From Octopus sinensis (lineage: Eukaryota): DNA of 64,000 nt. Location of the stretch: the NCBI RefSeq assembly GCF_006345805.1, contig NC_043014.1:33666001-33730000 (forward strand), read 5' to 3'. Positions 62,311-64,000 of the stretch are shown one piece after another (position 1 is the stretch's first letter; the number at the start of each line of letters is the position of its first letter). A model generated the notes under the pieces. The model saw only the letters and a program-made list of their open reading frames with translations, ran no database searches and had not been told where the DNA came from. The position numbers and the translations under genes were made by a program.

Positions 62311-62341
62311 ATGTACACACGCACACACTCAGAGAAAGAGA

Positions 62342-62372
<31 letters not shown>

Positions 62373-62649
62373 GTGTATACACACATATGTACATGTATGT
62401 GCGTATGCGCAAGCGTGTGCGCGTGCGCACAAACAGCTGTTGTTTTACTATGTTGCTACTCGGAGTTTGTGCCACACGCGGTCGCTTGAGCGACACTGAG
62501 ATGAATAAAGTTTTGTTTTTTTTCTCTCGTTTGTTTTTAAAACATACAGACAGACAGACGCATAGACAGGGACACGCACACACGCACACACGCACACACA
62601 CACATATGTAGATACATATTTACACCACATCCTGTATATACGCATGCAC

Positions 62650-62678
62650 AGCTATATAATTATGCTTACATATTATAC

Positions 62679-62749
<71 letters not shown>

Positions 62750-62808
62750 TATACATATACATATATACATATATATATACATATATATATACATATATAT
62801 ATATATAA

Positions 62809-62840
<32 letters not shown>

Positions 62841-62983
62841 GTTATATATATATACATATATATATACATATATATATACATATATATATACATATATATA
62901 TATACATATATATATATACATATATGTTATATGTTTAACTGTTATATATACATATATACATATAAATATGCGTGTGTATGTGT

Positions 62984-63066
<83 letters not shown>

Positions 63067-63246
63067 CTGTATGTTCTGTACGCATCTGTAGGGGATGTTA
63101 ATTTTATTTATTTACTTTTTCTACAAAAAAATGCTTGGTAGGAGGGGGAGGTCGGAAATTTGATTCCGTAAATCTTGAGTTGACGTTTAAATAATCCCTT
63201 AATACACACACACGCACACACACACACACATACACACACACACGCA

Positions 63247-63289
<43 letters not shown>

Positions 63290-63310
63290 ACACACACGCA
63301 CGCACGCACG
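62650..63310. repeat. Long degenerate (TA)n tract (62650-63060) and (CA)n tract (63200-63310)
   Basis: Direct reading. Confidence 0.96.
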
Positions 63311-64000
63311 CACGCATACTCACACATACCAAATTCTCATCGACTAACCAAACTACAATTTTAACATATACACCACCAGGAACACCACTAATGCCACCAC
63401 CAGCAGCAACAACAACAACAACAACAACAACAACGGCAACGACCACAACATCATTATGAAGAGCCAACGGAAAGTCCTCTATGTAGGCCGTTTGTCCTGC
63501 TAGAAATAGCAACCAAATTTCTCTAGGCTTACACCTAACTGTTCTTGACCAACAAAAAGCCAATGTAGAAGCCAACGAAGAAACCTCAAGTGAATCTCGT
63601 GATATGTGAGAAATAGCAGCCAAAATATTCTGAAATCATACCTTATCTTCTTTGAAAAAAAAAAGGAAGAAAAGTTTGCATAATGCAGTACAGTATACAA
63701 AATGCTGTGGTGGCCATAGATGGACTGCTTTGTTCATAGCCCAACTCGATAGGTTTCTCCCGTAGCTAAACAATACTAACAACAAATGGAACACTTCCTC
63801 ATCGATATCATCGCAAAGCAGGCAACTGAGTCGGAACTTCGAAGTCACAGCCTACCTTTTCCTATAAAAATGTGATGTAATTAATGTTTGATAGTTTTTC
63901 AAACATATTATAACTATACATAAAATCATGTTAATTTGTTTTAGCTCTTTACTTGTTTCAGTCATTAGAGTGCGGCCATGCTGGGGCACTGATTTGAAGA

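Noticed and set aside
84-63623. Dozens of long ORFs rich in HTYI/MYVC/YI/CV, poly-S, G, P, H, D, V or ERK
   Set aside because: They are translations of (TACA)n, (TA)n, (CA)n, trinucleotide and (AAAG)n microsatellites, which lack stops in several frames.
63330-63700. Poly-Q peptide QQQQRQRPQHHYEEPTESPLCRPF and the 171-aa minus ORF
   Set aside because: Built from (CA)n/(CAA)n repeats plus two copies of the GAAATAGCAGCCAAA dispersed-repeat end also seen at about 46320.

Overview
AT-rich, microsatellite-saturated eukaryotic DNA. The SINE types, the density of (TACA)n/(TA)n/(CA)n repeats and the TE mix suggest an octopod cephalopod genome (inference, not database-verified). I found no recognisable host protein-coding gene; almost all long ORFs in the track are translations of simple repeats, so the window is intergenic or a very large intron, with only weak isolated exon candidates. 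It is a dense TE fossil record. Retroelements: three tRNA-headed SINE groups (about 25 copies, several with TSDs), two tandem R4/Dong-like RLE LINE 3' ends, CR1 and HERO fragments, and a Penelope-like RT fragment. Several Penelope-type terminal repeats carry hammerhead ribozyme motifs, one with an intact core at 2339-2402. DNA elements: a Tc1 remnant, two mariner remnants plus a mariner MITE, a Helitron helicase fragment with its 3' terminus, and three GG...CC elements with 8-bp TSDs (exact in two, inferred in one) and internal telomere-like CCCTAA tracts, one an 826-bp foldback. There is a 100-N assembly gap at 13792-13891. Most SINE and remnant boundaries are approximate (tens of bp); TSD/TIR-defined boundaries were read base by base.
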